Source of the DNA: a virus
Taxonomy: Duplodnaviria; Caudoviricetes
Reading direction: 5' to 3' (one strand)
Length of the DNA: 30,626 bases
IMG/VR virus record: IMGVR_UViG_3300035182_000825
Location: 1-30,626 of that record
Below are positions 18,928-25,414 of this stretch, in pieces. The notes below the pieces were generated by a model. That model was not told the origin of the DNA and did no database searches. It saw only the letters and a program-made list of their open reading frames with translations. How positions within the stretch are numbered: the stretch's first letter is position 1; every line of letters starts with the position of its first letter. The translations under genes were made by a program, and so were the position numbers.

Positions 18928-19235
18928 TGCAGGTCCGGGATAAGAGCTAAGTAGGCAGACAGCGCAAGGACCTGTCCGGCAGAGGTAGTAGCGGTGCAGA
19001 GAACCTCGTAAAGCACTCCGACAACCCCGCCGGTCAGAGTAACATACGCAAGCGCTCCGTTCACACTCGCAGAGCCTTGAATCAAAGCGGAGGGCGAGGC
19101 GTCGGTGCCGCTGTAGACTGACGCGCTACCCGACGCCCCGGTCAGAGTTTCCCCGGAGGCCAGACGCGACGAGAAGTCGAAAGTTTCCCGCCGGGTCTCC
19201 CCCAGTGACTTAGACGCTAGGACGATCCGACTCAT
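18924..19235 (-). CDS. Small beta-rich virion protein
   Basis: 103 aa, K..GET...FDFS..L..GETL...GG..G..Y.V.C.ATTS.G pattern; ATGA overlap with portal. Confidence 0.6.
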   Translation of the reverse strand: MSRIVLASKSLGETRRETFDFSSRLASGETLTGASGSASVYSGTDASPSALIQGSASVNGALAYVTLTGGVVGVLYEVLCTATTSAGQVLALSAYLALIPDLQ

Positions 19236-19288
19236 CGACCGCGCGCTTTCCCGTCACCCTTGCTCGGATGGCGCTTTACAGAAGACAT
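19232..19288 (-). CDS. 18-aa basic micro-ORF MSSVKRHPSKGDGKARGR
   Basis: AAAGGGA RBS; ATGA overlap with the downstream gene. Confidence 0.4.
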   Translation of the reverse strand: MSSVKRHPSKGDGKARGR

Positions 19289-19302
19289 TTTTCAATTCCC
19301 TT

Positions 19303-19407
19303 TCAGTAGCCCGCCAGCTGTTTGCGCTGGGGAATAGGCTTGGCTTCGGTCGGGGGGCGCTGCTGCTCAGGCGTCTTTACCGCCTTGGGGGTCTTGGCTT
19401 TTTTCAT
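19303..19407 (-). CDS. 34-aa basic micro-ORF MKKAKTPKAVKTPEQQRPPTEAKPIPQRKQLAGY
   Basis: ATGA overlap with the upstream micro-ORF; Lys/Pro-rich. Confidence 0.5.
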   Translation of the reverse strand: MKKAKTPKAVKTPEQQRPPTEAKPIPQRKQLAGY

Positions 19408-19547
19408 GGCGCAGGAGCCGGAGCCGGGGCCGGCACGAGAGCCTGGAGGTCAGCGAGCAGCGCAGCCGTAGCGGCTTGAATCTCATCCTCCGAGGTTCGT
19501 GCGACCAGGGCCTGTGCAAAAGCGGTAAGGGTTAGTTCGAGAGCCAT
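19404..19547 (-). CDS. 47-aa micro-ORF MALELTLTAFAQALVARTSEDEIQAATAALLADLQALVPAPAPAPAP
   Basis: AAGGA RBS, ATG 12 nt after the terL stop; helical hairpin plus a PA-repeat tail. Confidence 0.55.
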   Translation of the reverse strand: MALELTLTAFAQALVARTSEDEIQAATAALLADLQALVPAPAPAPAP

Positions 19548-19559
19548 TGTGATTCCTTT

Positions 19560-21017
19560 TCAATATCCAGTTGTCATACTGCGCCCCGCAGACCCGCCGC
19601 GAGGAGCACGCCGAACTTCTAACTCATCCTCTGGGAGGAAGTCTTCTTCTTCCACTGCGGCGGATTCGTCGAACCCCCTCACCAGAAGGGCAGTGGAGTC
19701 AAACTGGTCGTCGGCAAGCGCGTCGGAGGTGCCCGTGAAGCGCAGGAGCTCAGCCTCGTAGGCCGCATACCAAGAGGCCGCTTTGTCGTACCGCATGGCT
19801 CCTGCACGATGGCGCTTTTGCAGCGGCCGTCCCCGCACTCCCTTATCCTTCACAGGGTTGAGAACCCGGATAGAGAAAAAAACATCCCTTGCCGCCATCT
19901 CGTTGAAGATTGTCCGAGAAATCGCTTTCCAGATCACGCCACCCTCAACAATGAACTCGTCGGGATGCCAGCGCTCCTCCAGCTCGAAGAACACTTCAAT
20001 CCACTCGAGAGGCTCCCACCTCCCCACCCGCTCGTCCCGGATGCAGATGGTGTTCGCAGCGCCCCTCGACCCAACGGTGAAGGAGGTGCGATTGGCTCTA
20101 TCAGCCTTCGAGACCGCGAAGTCCACGCCCACCTTCACGTAGCCAGGGGCCTCGTAGTCTGCCGGCGTCATGGGGAGGAAGTCGTCTCGCCGCAGATAGG
20201 CGTCGCTGTTGTCGAAGGGGTCGTTGAGGTACTCCTGGGAGTAGCCCGCCGGATCGTGCTGGGCAATGTACCCTTCGCGCTTGCTACGCAGCCGCTCCTC
20301 ACTCCACATCTCGGGCCAGAGGATGGAGGAGAAGTCATCGAACCCCTCGTGAGCTTTGTAGAGAGCGCTCACCCAGGTGTCATCCTTCATAATCCGCGCA
20401 AGCATTGCGGCCTCGTGGAGGATCGTCCCATGCCACCTAATCTTGCAGTTCCTCCGCCCGAGCGGCAGGAGTGCGCGCATAACCCACTGACGAAACTTCC
20501 GCCGCCTGTCGGTGTTCTCGACCTGCTCATCCTCTTCCATATCATCGCAGATGATAAGGCCGGGCCGCCTGCCATTCCACTTCAGCCCCCGGAGTTTCTG
20601 GCCACTTCCCCGTGCAATGATCCGAAACTCGTACCCGCCACGGCAGCGAATAACAATCTCGCCCTTCGAGTCGGTGAGGAACTTCTCCACTCCGAAATGC
20701 CGGATGAGGTCGTCGTTGTCCCGAAGCTCTTTCGCAATATCCCCGAGGTGCCCGATGCTCAGTTCCTCCGTCGCACTCACGATCAGGATGTGAGACTCGA
20801 CCTGAAAGAGCGCGTTCGCTAGGGCGAAGTCGTGTGTCAGCGCGGTGGACTTCGCGTGTCCCCGAGGAGCGGCGATCGCAACCTGCGCGTCGTCCTGGCA
20901 GTACATCTCCCACCACTCCCGGTGACAGTCCGGAGTTGCCTGCGGGTCATCATACATCGGAGACAGGAACGTTCCAGCGAAACTCTCGATCAAGGGAGCG
21001 CTGAGCCGGACTGTCAT
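19560..21017 (-). CDS. terL: Terminase large subunit
   Basis: Walker A APRGHAKST, Walker B IICDDMEE, coupling motif GTIL, QEYLNDP, RNase H-like nuclease VGVDFA...DDQFDS. Confidence 0.92.
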   Translation of the reverse strand: MTVRLSAPLIESFAGTFLSPMYDDPQATPDCHREWWEMYCQDDAQVAIAAPRGHAKSTALTHDFALANALFQVESHILIVSATEELSIGHLGDIAKELRDNDDLIRHFGVEKFLTDSKGEIVIRCRGGYEFRIIARGSGQKLRGLKWNGRRPGLIICDDMEEDEQVENTDRRRKFRQWVMRALLPLGRRNCKIRWHGTILHEAAMLARIMKDDTWVSALYKAHEGFDDFSSILWPEMWSEERLRSKREGYIAQHDPAGYSQEYLNDPFDNSDAYLRRDDFLPMTPADYEAPGYVKVGVDFAVSKADRANRTSFTVGSRGAANTICIRDERVGRWEPLEWIEVFFELEERWHPDEFIVEGGVIWKAISRTIFNEMAARDVFFSIRVLNPVKDKGVRGRPLQKRHRAGAMRYDKAASWYAAYEAELLRFTGTSDALADDQFDSTALLVRGFDESAAVEEEDFLPEDELEVRRAPRGGSAGRSMTTGY

Positions 21018-21196
21018 TCGGGCGGCTCCTCGATGGCCATAAGCCCCGTCTCAGAGGGAGCCGCTCCCCCGTCGCGCAGCCACAGAAGGGCCGCAATGGC
21101 CCCTGCATTAAACAAGTAATCCTCGAACGCACCATCGACCTGCACCATCAGCCTCCCAATCTCGAGGGTGAGGGTCTCAAGGGGAACTTCGCGCAT
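21014..21196 (-). CDS. Hypothetical protein (60 aa)
   Basis: TAATG overlap with the terS stop and ATGA overlap with the terL start. Confidence 0.6.
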   Translation of the reverse strand: MREVPLETLTLEIGRLMVQVDGAFEDYLFNAGAIAALLWLRDGGAAPSETGLMAIEEPPE

Positions 21197-21654
21197 TAGC
21201 AATCTGTAACCTCCCCTTCAATCACGCGCCCCGAGATTCCGCGCTGGAGCGTGAGGAGCCGTTCAGCCAGCCTATCAAGGTGATCGGGGGGAAGGGCCTG
21301 CGGAGGAGCATTCCCGCCCAGCCCGAGGCTCTTCGCCCCCAGCTCCATCGCCTTGAGCACCAGCCCGTCCGGGACTACGCTCGCAGGGACGGAGAGCTTT
21401 TCCTGAAGGATCTCGAGCGAGCGCTGCGTCATCGCCCGGAACCTGTCCTCGAGCGTCACCTTCAGAATCGGATCGACCAGGTCCTCCCGCCTCTCCGCGA
21501 GCTTCGCCCGAAACGCATCGCTCGTCATGATGATCGAGATCCAGCTTTGCGTGTACCCGAAGCGCGCCGCAAGCTCGCTCTGCGCCAGATACGGCTCCGC
21601 AATGACCATATCGACAAGAGCATCGTGAGTGTAGCGAAGGCGAGGAGGGGGCAT
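21196..21654 (-). CDS. terS: Probable terminase small subunit
   Basis: 152 aa with N-terminal HTH (AQSELAARFGYTQSWISII) followed by helices; first gene of the operon, upstream of terL. Confidence 0.68.
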   Translation of the reverse strand: MPPPRLRYTHDALVDMVIAEPYLAQSELAARFGYTQSWISIIMTSDAFRAKLAERREDLVDPILKVTLEDRFRAMTQRSLEILQEKLSVPASVVPDGLVLKAMELGAKSLGLGGNAPPQALPPDHLDRLAERLLTLQRGISGRVIEGEVTDC

Positions 21655-21688
21655 TCTTCCCTGCGGGCTGGTGGGTGGGTATGCAGGA

Positions 21689-21717
21689 AGGATAGACTAG
21701 GGCGGGGGCGGTGTCAA
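21689..21717 (-). promoter_or_regulatory. Sigma70-type promoter for the virion operon
   Basis: Minus strand TTGACA-17 nt-TATCCT, ending about 35 nt upstream of the terS ATG. Confidence 0.6.
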
Positions 21718-21793
21718 TGGGATGGGGGGAATGGACGAACTGGGAACCGATAACAAACTCGTGACGTGTTCACAGTTCATTTCCCGCTAAAAA

Positions 21794-21810
21794 ATATCCC
21801 GACGGGATAT
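21794..21810. promoter_or_regulatory. Perfect 17-bp palindrome ATATCCCG-A-CGGGATAT (operator-like)
   Basis: 8-bp arms with a 1-nt spacer; its right part CGACGGGAT recurs at 21983 and 22003. Confidence 0.45.
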
Positions 21811-21967
21811 GGCGCGCGCGTGCGCGAGCCGTTTGCCCCCCACCGGCCTCGGATTCGGGGGGGCGGAGACCGGGCGGAGGCGGCGGAGGGGGGAGGGAGA
21901 CCGGGCAGGCGAGCGGGCAGGAGGGCGGCGGGCGAGCGGCATGGCGGGGGATGGGCGGGCGGCGGCA

Positions 21968-21984
21968 TGGCAAGAATCGTGCCG
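21968..21984 (-). promoter_or_regulatory. Sigma54 -24/-12-like element (CGGCACGATTCTTGCCA)
   Basis: GG-N10-GC spacing; 15-bp core identical to 22031-22045. Confidence 0.45.
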
Positions 21985-22015
21985 ACGGGATTTCGTCATG
22001 TGCGACGGGATTTCG
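21983..22015 (+). repeat. 13-bp direct repeat CGACGGGATTTCG x2 (20-bp period)
   Basis: Copies at 21983-21995 and 22003-22015; TCATGTG/CACATGA inverted repeat around the second copy. Confidence 0.7.
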
Positions 22016-22030
22016 ACACATGATGGACTG

Positions 22031-22047
22031 GGCAAGAATCGTGCCAG
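22031..22047 (-). promoter_or_regulatory. Sigma54 -24/-12 consensus element (CTGGCACGATTCTTGCC)
   Basis: Matches TGGCACG-N4-TTGC. Confidence 0.6.
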
Positions 22048-22050
22048 CCC

Positions 22051-22063
22051 TAACCTATTGATT
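22051..22063 (-). promoter_or_regulatory. IHF binding site
   Basis: Minus strand AATCAATAGGTTA = WATCAANNNNTTR consensus. Confidence 0.65.
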
Positions 22064-22090
22064 CCACAAGGAAAAGGTTATGTGAACACA

Positions 22091-22107
22091 TTGGCCCATA
22101 GCTTGCT
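22091..22107 (+). promoter_or_regulatory. Sigma54 -24/-12 element facing the early genes (TTGGCCCATAGCTTGCT)
   Basis: TGGC-N7-TTGCT (GG-N10-GC), about 45 nt upstream of the ATG at 22151, IHF site just upstream. Confidence 0.55.
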
Positions 22108-22150
22108 TGTCGATCAGCCCCCCAACCACACCCCACCGAAAGGAAATAGC

Positions 22151-22354
22151 ATGACGACCTACTACTACATGGATGGCGAAGAGGTAAGCGAAAAACGCGC
22201 CTTGCGGATTGCCCGCGAGTTTACCCTGAAGCACGGCCTCGAGCTGGCCGATACCGAAACCGCGTGGCGCGCTCGGTCGCGGGACGAAGCCGCGCGGGAA
22301 TGGATTAACAACGTAACGGAAAGCCTGCTCGAGATAGTGACTGAAGACGATTAA
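22151..22354 (+). CDS. Small early protein, paralog 1 of 3 (67 aa)
   Basis: AAGGA RBS; MTTYYYMDGEEVSEKRAL...AAREWINNVTESLLEIVTEDD. True start is 22151, not the track's 21809. Confidence 0.8.
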   Translation: MTTYYYMDGEEVSEKRALRIAREFTLKHGLELADTETAWRARSRDEAAREWINNVTESLLEIVTEDD

Positions 22355-22377
22355 CCCGGCCCACGAAAGGAATTGAC

Positions 22378-22590
22378 ATGAAAATCTACTTCATGGATGG
22401 CGAAGAAATCAGCGAGAGCCGCGCTCTGGAGCGTGTCCTCGAGCTTATCCAGAAGCCCGGCTTTGTGCTGTTCGTGACAGAAGACGTGTGGCGCAATAGG
22501 GCGCGGACCGAGGCCGCTTGGGAATGGCTTAGTAACGCGCCGGAAAGCGTGCTCGAGATAGCGACTGAACCAACCAACGAAAGGGAATGA
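22378..22590 (+). CDS. Small early protein, paralog 2 of 3 (70 aa)
   Basis: AAGGA RBS; MKIYFMDGEEISESRAL...AAWEWLSNAPESVLEIATE. Confidence 0.8.
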   Translation: MKIYFMDGEEISESRALERVLELIQKPGFVLFVTEDVWRNRARTEAAWEWLSNAPESVLEIATEPTNERE

Positions 22591-22591
22591 C

Positions 22592-22795
22592 ATGACGACC
22601 TACTACATGAACGGCGAAGAGGTTAGCGAAAAGCTCGCCTTGCAAATCGCTCACGAATTTACCCTGAAACGCTGCCTTAGTCTGATTCTGGAATGTGAGC
22701 TTGCGTGGCGCGATCGGGCGCAAAACGAAACTGCCCGGAAATGGTTTAACGACGTGACGAAAGGCGTGTTGGAAGTAGTGATCGAAGAGGACTAA
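22592..22795 (+). CDS. Small early protein, paralog 3 of 3 (67 aa)
   Basis: AAGGGA RBS; MTTYYMNGEEVSEKLAL...ARKWFNDVTKGVLEVVIEED. Confidence 0.8.
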   Translation: MTTYYMNGEEVSEKLALQIAHEFTLKRCLSLILECELAWRDRAQNETARKWFNDVTKGVLEVVIEED

Positions 22796-22863
22796 TCAGG
22801 CAACACACGGCAAGCCGCGTGACAGGCGGTTTGACGGGAATTGTCCCGGCTTGGAGCATGAAC

Positions 22864-23055
22864 ATGACTGCAAAAGAACTGGTTGATATTCTAAATACCC
22901 TACCGCCCGGTGCCCGCGAGGTTACGGTGAAAGGTCGACGGGCGCCGATGATTTCCGCGTCCATTCCCGACGGGCCATTGCCTTCGGGCTGGCGATCGGT
23001 TGCGGAAAGCTCCACCCAAGCCGCGCCTGACTGGCGGCGGGTGATCTACGCGTAA
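22864..23055 (+). CDS. Hypothetical early protein (about 63 aa)
   Basis: GGAG RBS 7 nt before the ATG at 22864 (MTAKELVDILNTLPP). Confidence 0.55.
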   Translation: MTAKELVDILNTLPPGAREVTVKGRRAPMISASIPDGPLPSGWRSVAESSTQAAPDWRRVIYA

Positions 23056-23137
23056 CGCACCTCGCGGCGGGTGACAGTCGCCGCCGGGGGCACTATGCCC
23101 ATCCCGCGCCGTTTGGCGCATCACATTGGAGAACACC

Positions 23138-23677
23138 ATGACTGAAAACACCAGAGGTAAAGACCTGACCGTAACGATCGACCAGTCGGCTAAGGCTATC
23201 GCATGGGCTTTCCGGGGGCAGGAATCTATCATCCTGCGCCTGTCCAACCTTGCGGAAAGCGTGCTCGAGTACGCCGTGTACCACGGGCTCAAGCAACGGT
23301 GCGGGGACAAAGCCGCGCTGGCGAAAGGCGCGACGCCGGACGAAAAGGCGGCGGCTGTACGCGAACTTGTCGAACACTATAACAACGGCGGCGCGTGGGA
23401 ACTTCCGCGCAATGCGCCGCGTGGCGTCAACCATGCGATGCTGGTCGAAGCGATGCAACGTGCTCTGGGCGTCGGGTTTGCGAAGGCGGATAGCCTGATT
23501 ACCGGAATGTCCGTGAAACGTGGGATTTCGATCGAAGACGCTCGCAAGGTCTGGTCTGAAGCGGGGGATGTGAAAGCGGCGATAGCGGCGATTAGGGCGG
23601 AAATGGCGGCCAAATCGGCAGAAACGGCGGGCGTATCGGCGGATAGTCTAATGGCGGAAATGGACGCCGACGACTAG
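23138..23677 (+). CDS. Phage protein with YA..HG..Q..GD motif (paralog of 25512-26195)
   Basis: GGAG RBS, ATG at 23138; YAVYHGLKQRCGD...W; C-terminal VSADSLMAEMDADD. Confidence 0.8.
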   Translation: MTENTRGKDLTVTIDQSAKAIAWAFRGQESIILRLSNLAESVLEYAVYHGLKQRCGDKAALAKGATPDEKAAAVRELVEHYNNGGAWELPRNAPRGVNHAMLVEAMQRALGVGFAKADSLITGMSVKRGISIEDARKVWSEAGDVKAAIAAIRAEMAAKSAETAGVSADSLMAEMDADD

Positions 23678-23723
23678 GCCGCCGGGCGGGCCGTAAACGG
23701 GCCATAACGGCCCAAATTGGGGC

Positions 23724-23764
23724 GGGCGGGCATTAAGGCACATAACCCTATGCCCGCCCTTTTT
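23724..23764 (+). terminator. Rho-independent terminator
   Basis: GGGCGGGCAT...ATGCCCGCCC 10-bp stem followed by TTTTT. Confidence 0.7.
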
Positions 23765-23794
23765 GCGTCCCAATTTGGCCCATTGTCGCGTGCG

Positions 23795-24030
23795 GTCGTA
23801 GTATCATCATCATCATCATCATCTGCCCCCCCTTTCCCCTTGCACCAAAATAGGGCGGGTTATAATAGGTTGTGTATTAATTTTTTTTTTTTCTTCTTAC
23901 ACATTTTACAAAACCAGGGCGAGAGGGTATGGCAAGATGATGATGATGCTACTACTACAGCACATTGACGTAACCCATTGATTTCATTGATGAAATGGGC
24001 ATTTTGAGATGATGATACAGCTACTACCGC
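23795..24030. other. Origin-like non-coding element: inverted (ATC)n/(GAT)n arms around an AT-rich core, plus IHF site
   Basis: (ATC)7 at 23803-23823, T12 at 23881-23892, (GAT)4-GCTACTACTAC at 23936-23958, IHF consensus at 23971-23983, third GAT/CTAC unit at 24008-24027. Confidence 0.5.
23971..23983 (-). promoter_or_regulatory. IHF binding site
   Basis: Minus strand AATCAATGGGTTA = WATCAANNNNTTR; 12/13 identical to 22051-22063. Confidence 0.6.
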
Positions 24031-24217
24031 ACACCTGATGTTGCATTCGTGCAACGTCCCTTGCCGCTTTTTTAGGCAATTATTGATGCTTTTTTAGGCA
24101 ATGTTGCACAAAAGCCACACCTGACAAACATACCATCGCGCCCATTGTTCTTACAAATCCGCATTCCGTGCATACACGGGCCGGCCAAATCCGGCCAAAT
24201 CCGGTACAAATTTACCA

Positions 24218-24245
24218 TTGACCTATCCCATCCATACCCTATACT
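24218..24245 (+). promoter_or_regulatory. Sigma70-type promoter for the second early/middle unit
   Basis: TTGACC-16 nt-TATACT upstream of the ATG at 24279. Confidence 0.5.
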
Positions 24246-24278
24246 ACCCATTTTGCAACCCACCCACCCATCCCCACC

Positions 24279-24476
24279 ATGTCCATAAAACGCTGGAAAA
24301 CCCTAGAATTCCCCACCGAGACAATCCTGTTCGTTGACGGCGAGCGTTGGGCGTCGCTCAACGACGGCCGGCTGGTGCTCGAGCTTCCCGCACTCGCCCC
24401 GCTCGAGCTTGAGAAAGCCGTGCAGCTGGCGTGGGGAATAGTCTCCCTCTATAGGACAAAACGCAATGCGAGATAA
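24279..24476 (+). CDS. Hypothetical protein (65 aa)
   Basis: First ORF after the promoter, overlaps the next gene by 11 nt; no clear SD. Confidence 0.55.
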   Translation: MSIKRWKTLEFPTETILFVDGERWASLNDGRLVLELPALAPLELEKAVQLAWGIVSLYRTKRNAR

Positions 24477-24846
24477 GGAAGCGCTCGAAAGGAAGCAGCG
24501 CGCAGCGGCCATCTTCACCGATGCCGAGGTGCGCGGGTTCCGGGCCTCCGCCCTTCCGGCGCGGGAACTGGCGGAAATGGCCTGCTGCGGGCTTCGTACC
24601 ATGCGGGACTTGCTGAAGGGGCGGACATACGCTTGGGTGGAGAAGGAGAAGGCGCGGGAGCAGCCAGCCCAACTTGCGGAATTCAACCTCGAGGGAAGCC
24701 TCGAGCGGCTGCACAAAAGCCTGCGCGAATCCGATGCGATCTCCCCCGAGCGCGCAGCAGCTAATGCGGTGCTCGAGCGCGGGTTGGTGGTTAGCGGGAA
24801 AGAACTGCTGGAAGAAATGGCAGCCTACTTCCCGGACAAACAATAG
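24466..24846 (+). CDS. HTH DNA-binding protein
   Basis: FTDAEVRGFR...ARELAEMACCGLRTMRDLLKGRTYAWV resembles the HTH usually appended to phage HNH endonucleases; no HNH motif present. Confidence 0.65.
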   Translation: MRDKEALERKQRAAAIFTDAEVRGFRASALPARELAEMACCGLRTMRDLLKGRTYAWVEKEKAREQPAQLAEFNLEGSLERLHKSLRESDAISPERAAANAVLERGLVVSGKELLEEMAAYFPDKQ

Positions 24847-24885
24847 GTTCGCCGCACCTCAGACGCGGCACGAAGGAGCAAGGAA

Positions 24886-25056
24886 GTGGAAAATTTAATT
24901 GAATTTTTGATAAAGCGAGACGGGATTTCACGGAACGAAGCCCTCTGGCAGATCTCGATGGCGAAGGAAAAGGTGCTCCAGGGGGACGACCCAGTGGAAG
25001 TGCTCGAGAACTGGTTTGGCCTCGGGCCAGATTATCTATATGCTCTTATCGGCTGA
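24886..25056 (+). CDS. Small acidic protein, paralog 1 of 2 (56 aa)
   Basis: GTG start with AAGGAG/AGGA upstream; MENLIEFLIKRDGISRNEAL...GDDPVEVLENWFGLGPDYLYALIG. Below the ORF-track cutoff. Confidence 0.75.
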   Translation: MENLIEFLIKRDGISRNEALWQISMAKEKVLQGDDPVEVLENWFGLGPDYLYALIG

Positions 25057-25067
25057 AGGAGAAAGAA

Positions 25068-25238
25068 ATGAAAAGTTTACTCGAAGTGTTAATGGAACGG
25101 GATGGGATTTCGAAGGATGAAGCCCTTCAGCAGATCGCAAGGGCGAGGGAAGAGGTGCTCGAAGGGGATGACCCGGAAGAGGTGCTCGCGGATTGGTTTG
25201 GCCTCGAACCCGATTATGTGTTTGACCTTCTCGACTAA
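25068..25238 (+). CDS. Small acidic protein, paralog 2 of 2 (56 aa)
   Basis: AAGGAG RBS; MKSLLEVLMERDGISKDEAL...GDDPEEVLADWFGLEPDYVFDLLD. Confidence 0.8.
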   Translation: MKSLLEVLMERDGISKDEALQQIARAREEVLEGDDPEEVLADWFGLEPDYVFDLLD

Positions 25239-25249
25239 AGGAGCCCCAA

Positions 25250-25414
25250 ATGATGGATTCTAATCAAACCCTCCGCTTTCCACGCACCTACCGAGAGGCA
25301 ACCGGGATGGACGCTCACTTCGGCCGAGACCCGGATGCGGTTGTCGCAATCGGCCTCGGGCTTCTCGCGATGTTCCTCCTCGGGCTCGGGCTGGGCCTAG
25401 CACTGGCCGGTTAG
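25250..25414 (+). CDS. Small membrane protein (54 aa, RFPRT motif plus C-terminal TM helix)
   Basis: AAGGAG RBS; MMDSNQTLRFPRTYREATG...AVVAIGLGLLAMFLLGLGLGLALAG. Confidence 0.7.
   Translation: MMDSNQTLRFPRTYREATGMDAHFGRDPDAVVAIGLGLLAMFLLGLGLGLALAG

Noticed and set aside
16984-18954. 656-aa plus-strand ORF
   Set aside because: Antisense shadow of the portal gene; no recognisable motifs, explained by codon bias.
21766-22089. 9-bp inverted repeat GTGTTCACA / TGTGAACAC flanking the control region (possible invertible segment)
   Set aside because: Too short to distinguish from chance, and no recombinase in the window.
21809-22150. N-terminal extension of the 181-aa ORF and other ORFs over the G-rich tract
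   Set aside because: Low-complexity Arg/Gly/Pro translations; the paralog alignment and RBS place the start at 22151.
23717-24263. ORFs with poly-Ser, poly-Phe or poly-Lys runs
   Set aside because: Translations of microsatellite and homopolymer runs in a regulatory region; no RBS.
24466-24846. HNH homing endonuclease
   Set aside because: Only the HTH-like portion is present; no HNH catalytic motif.
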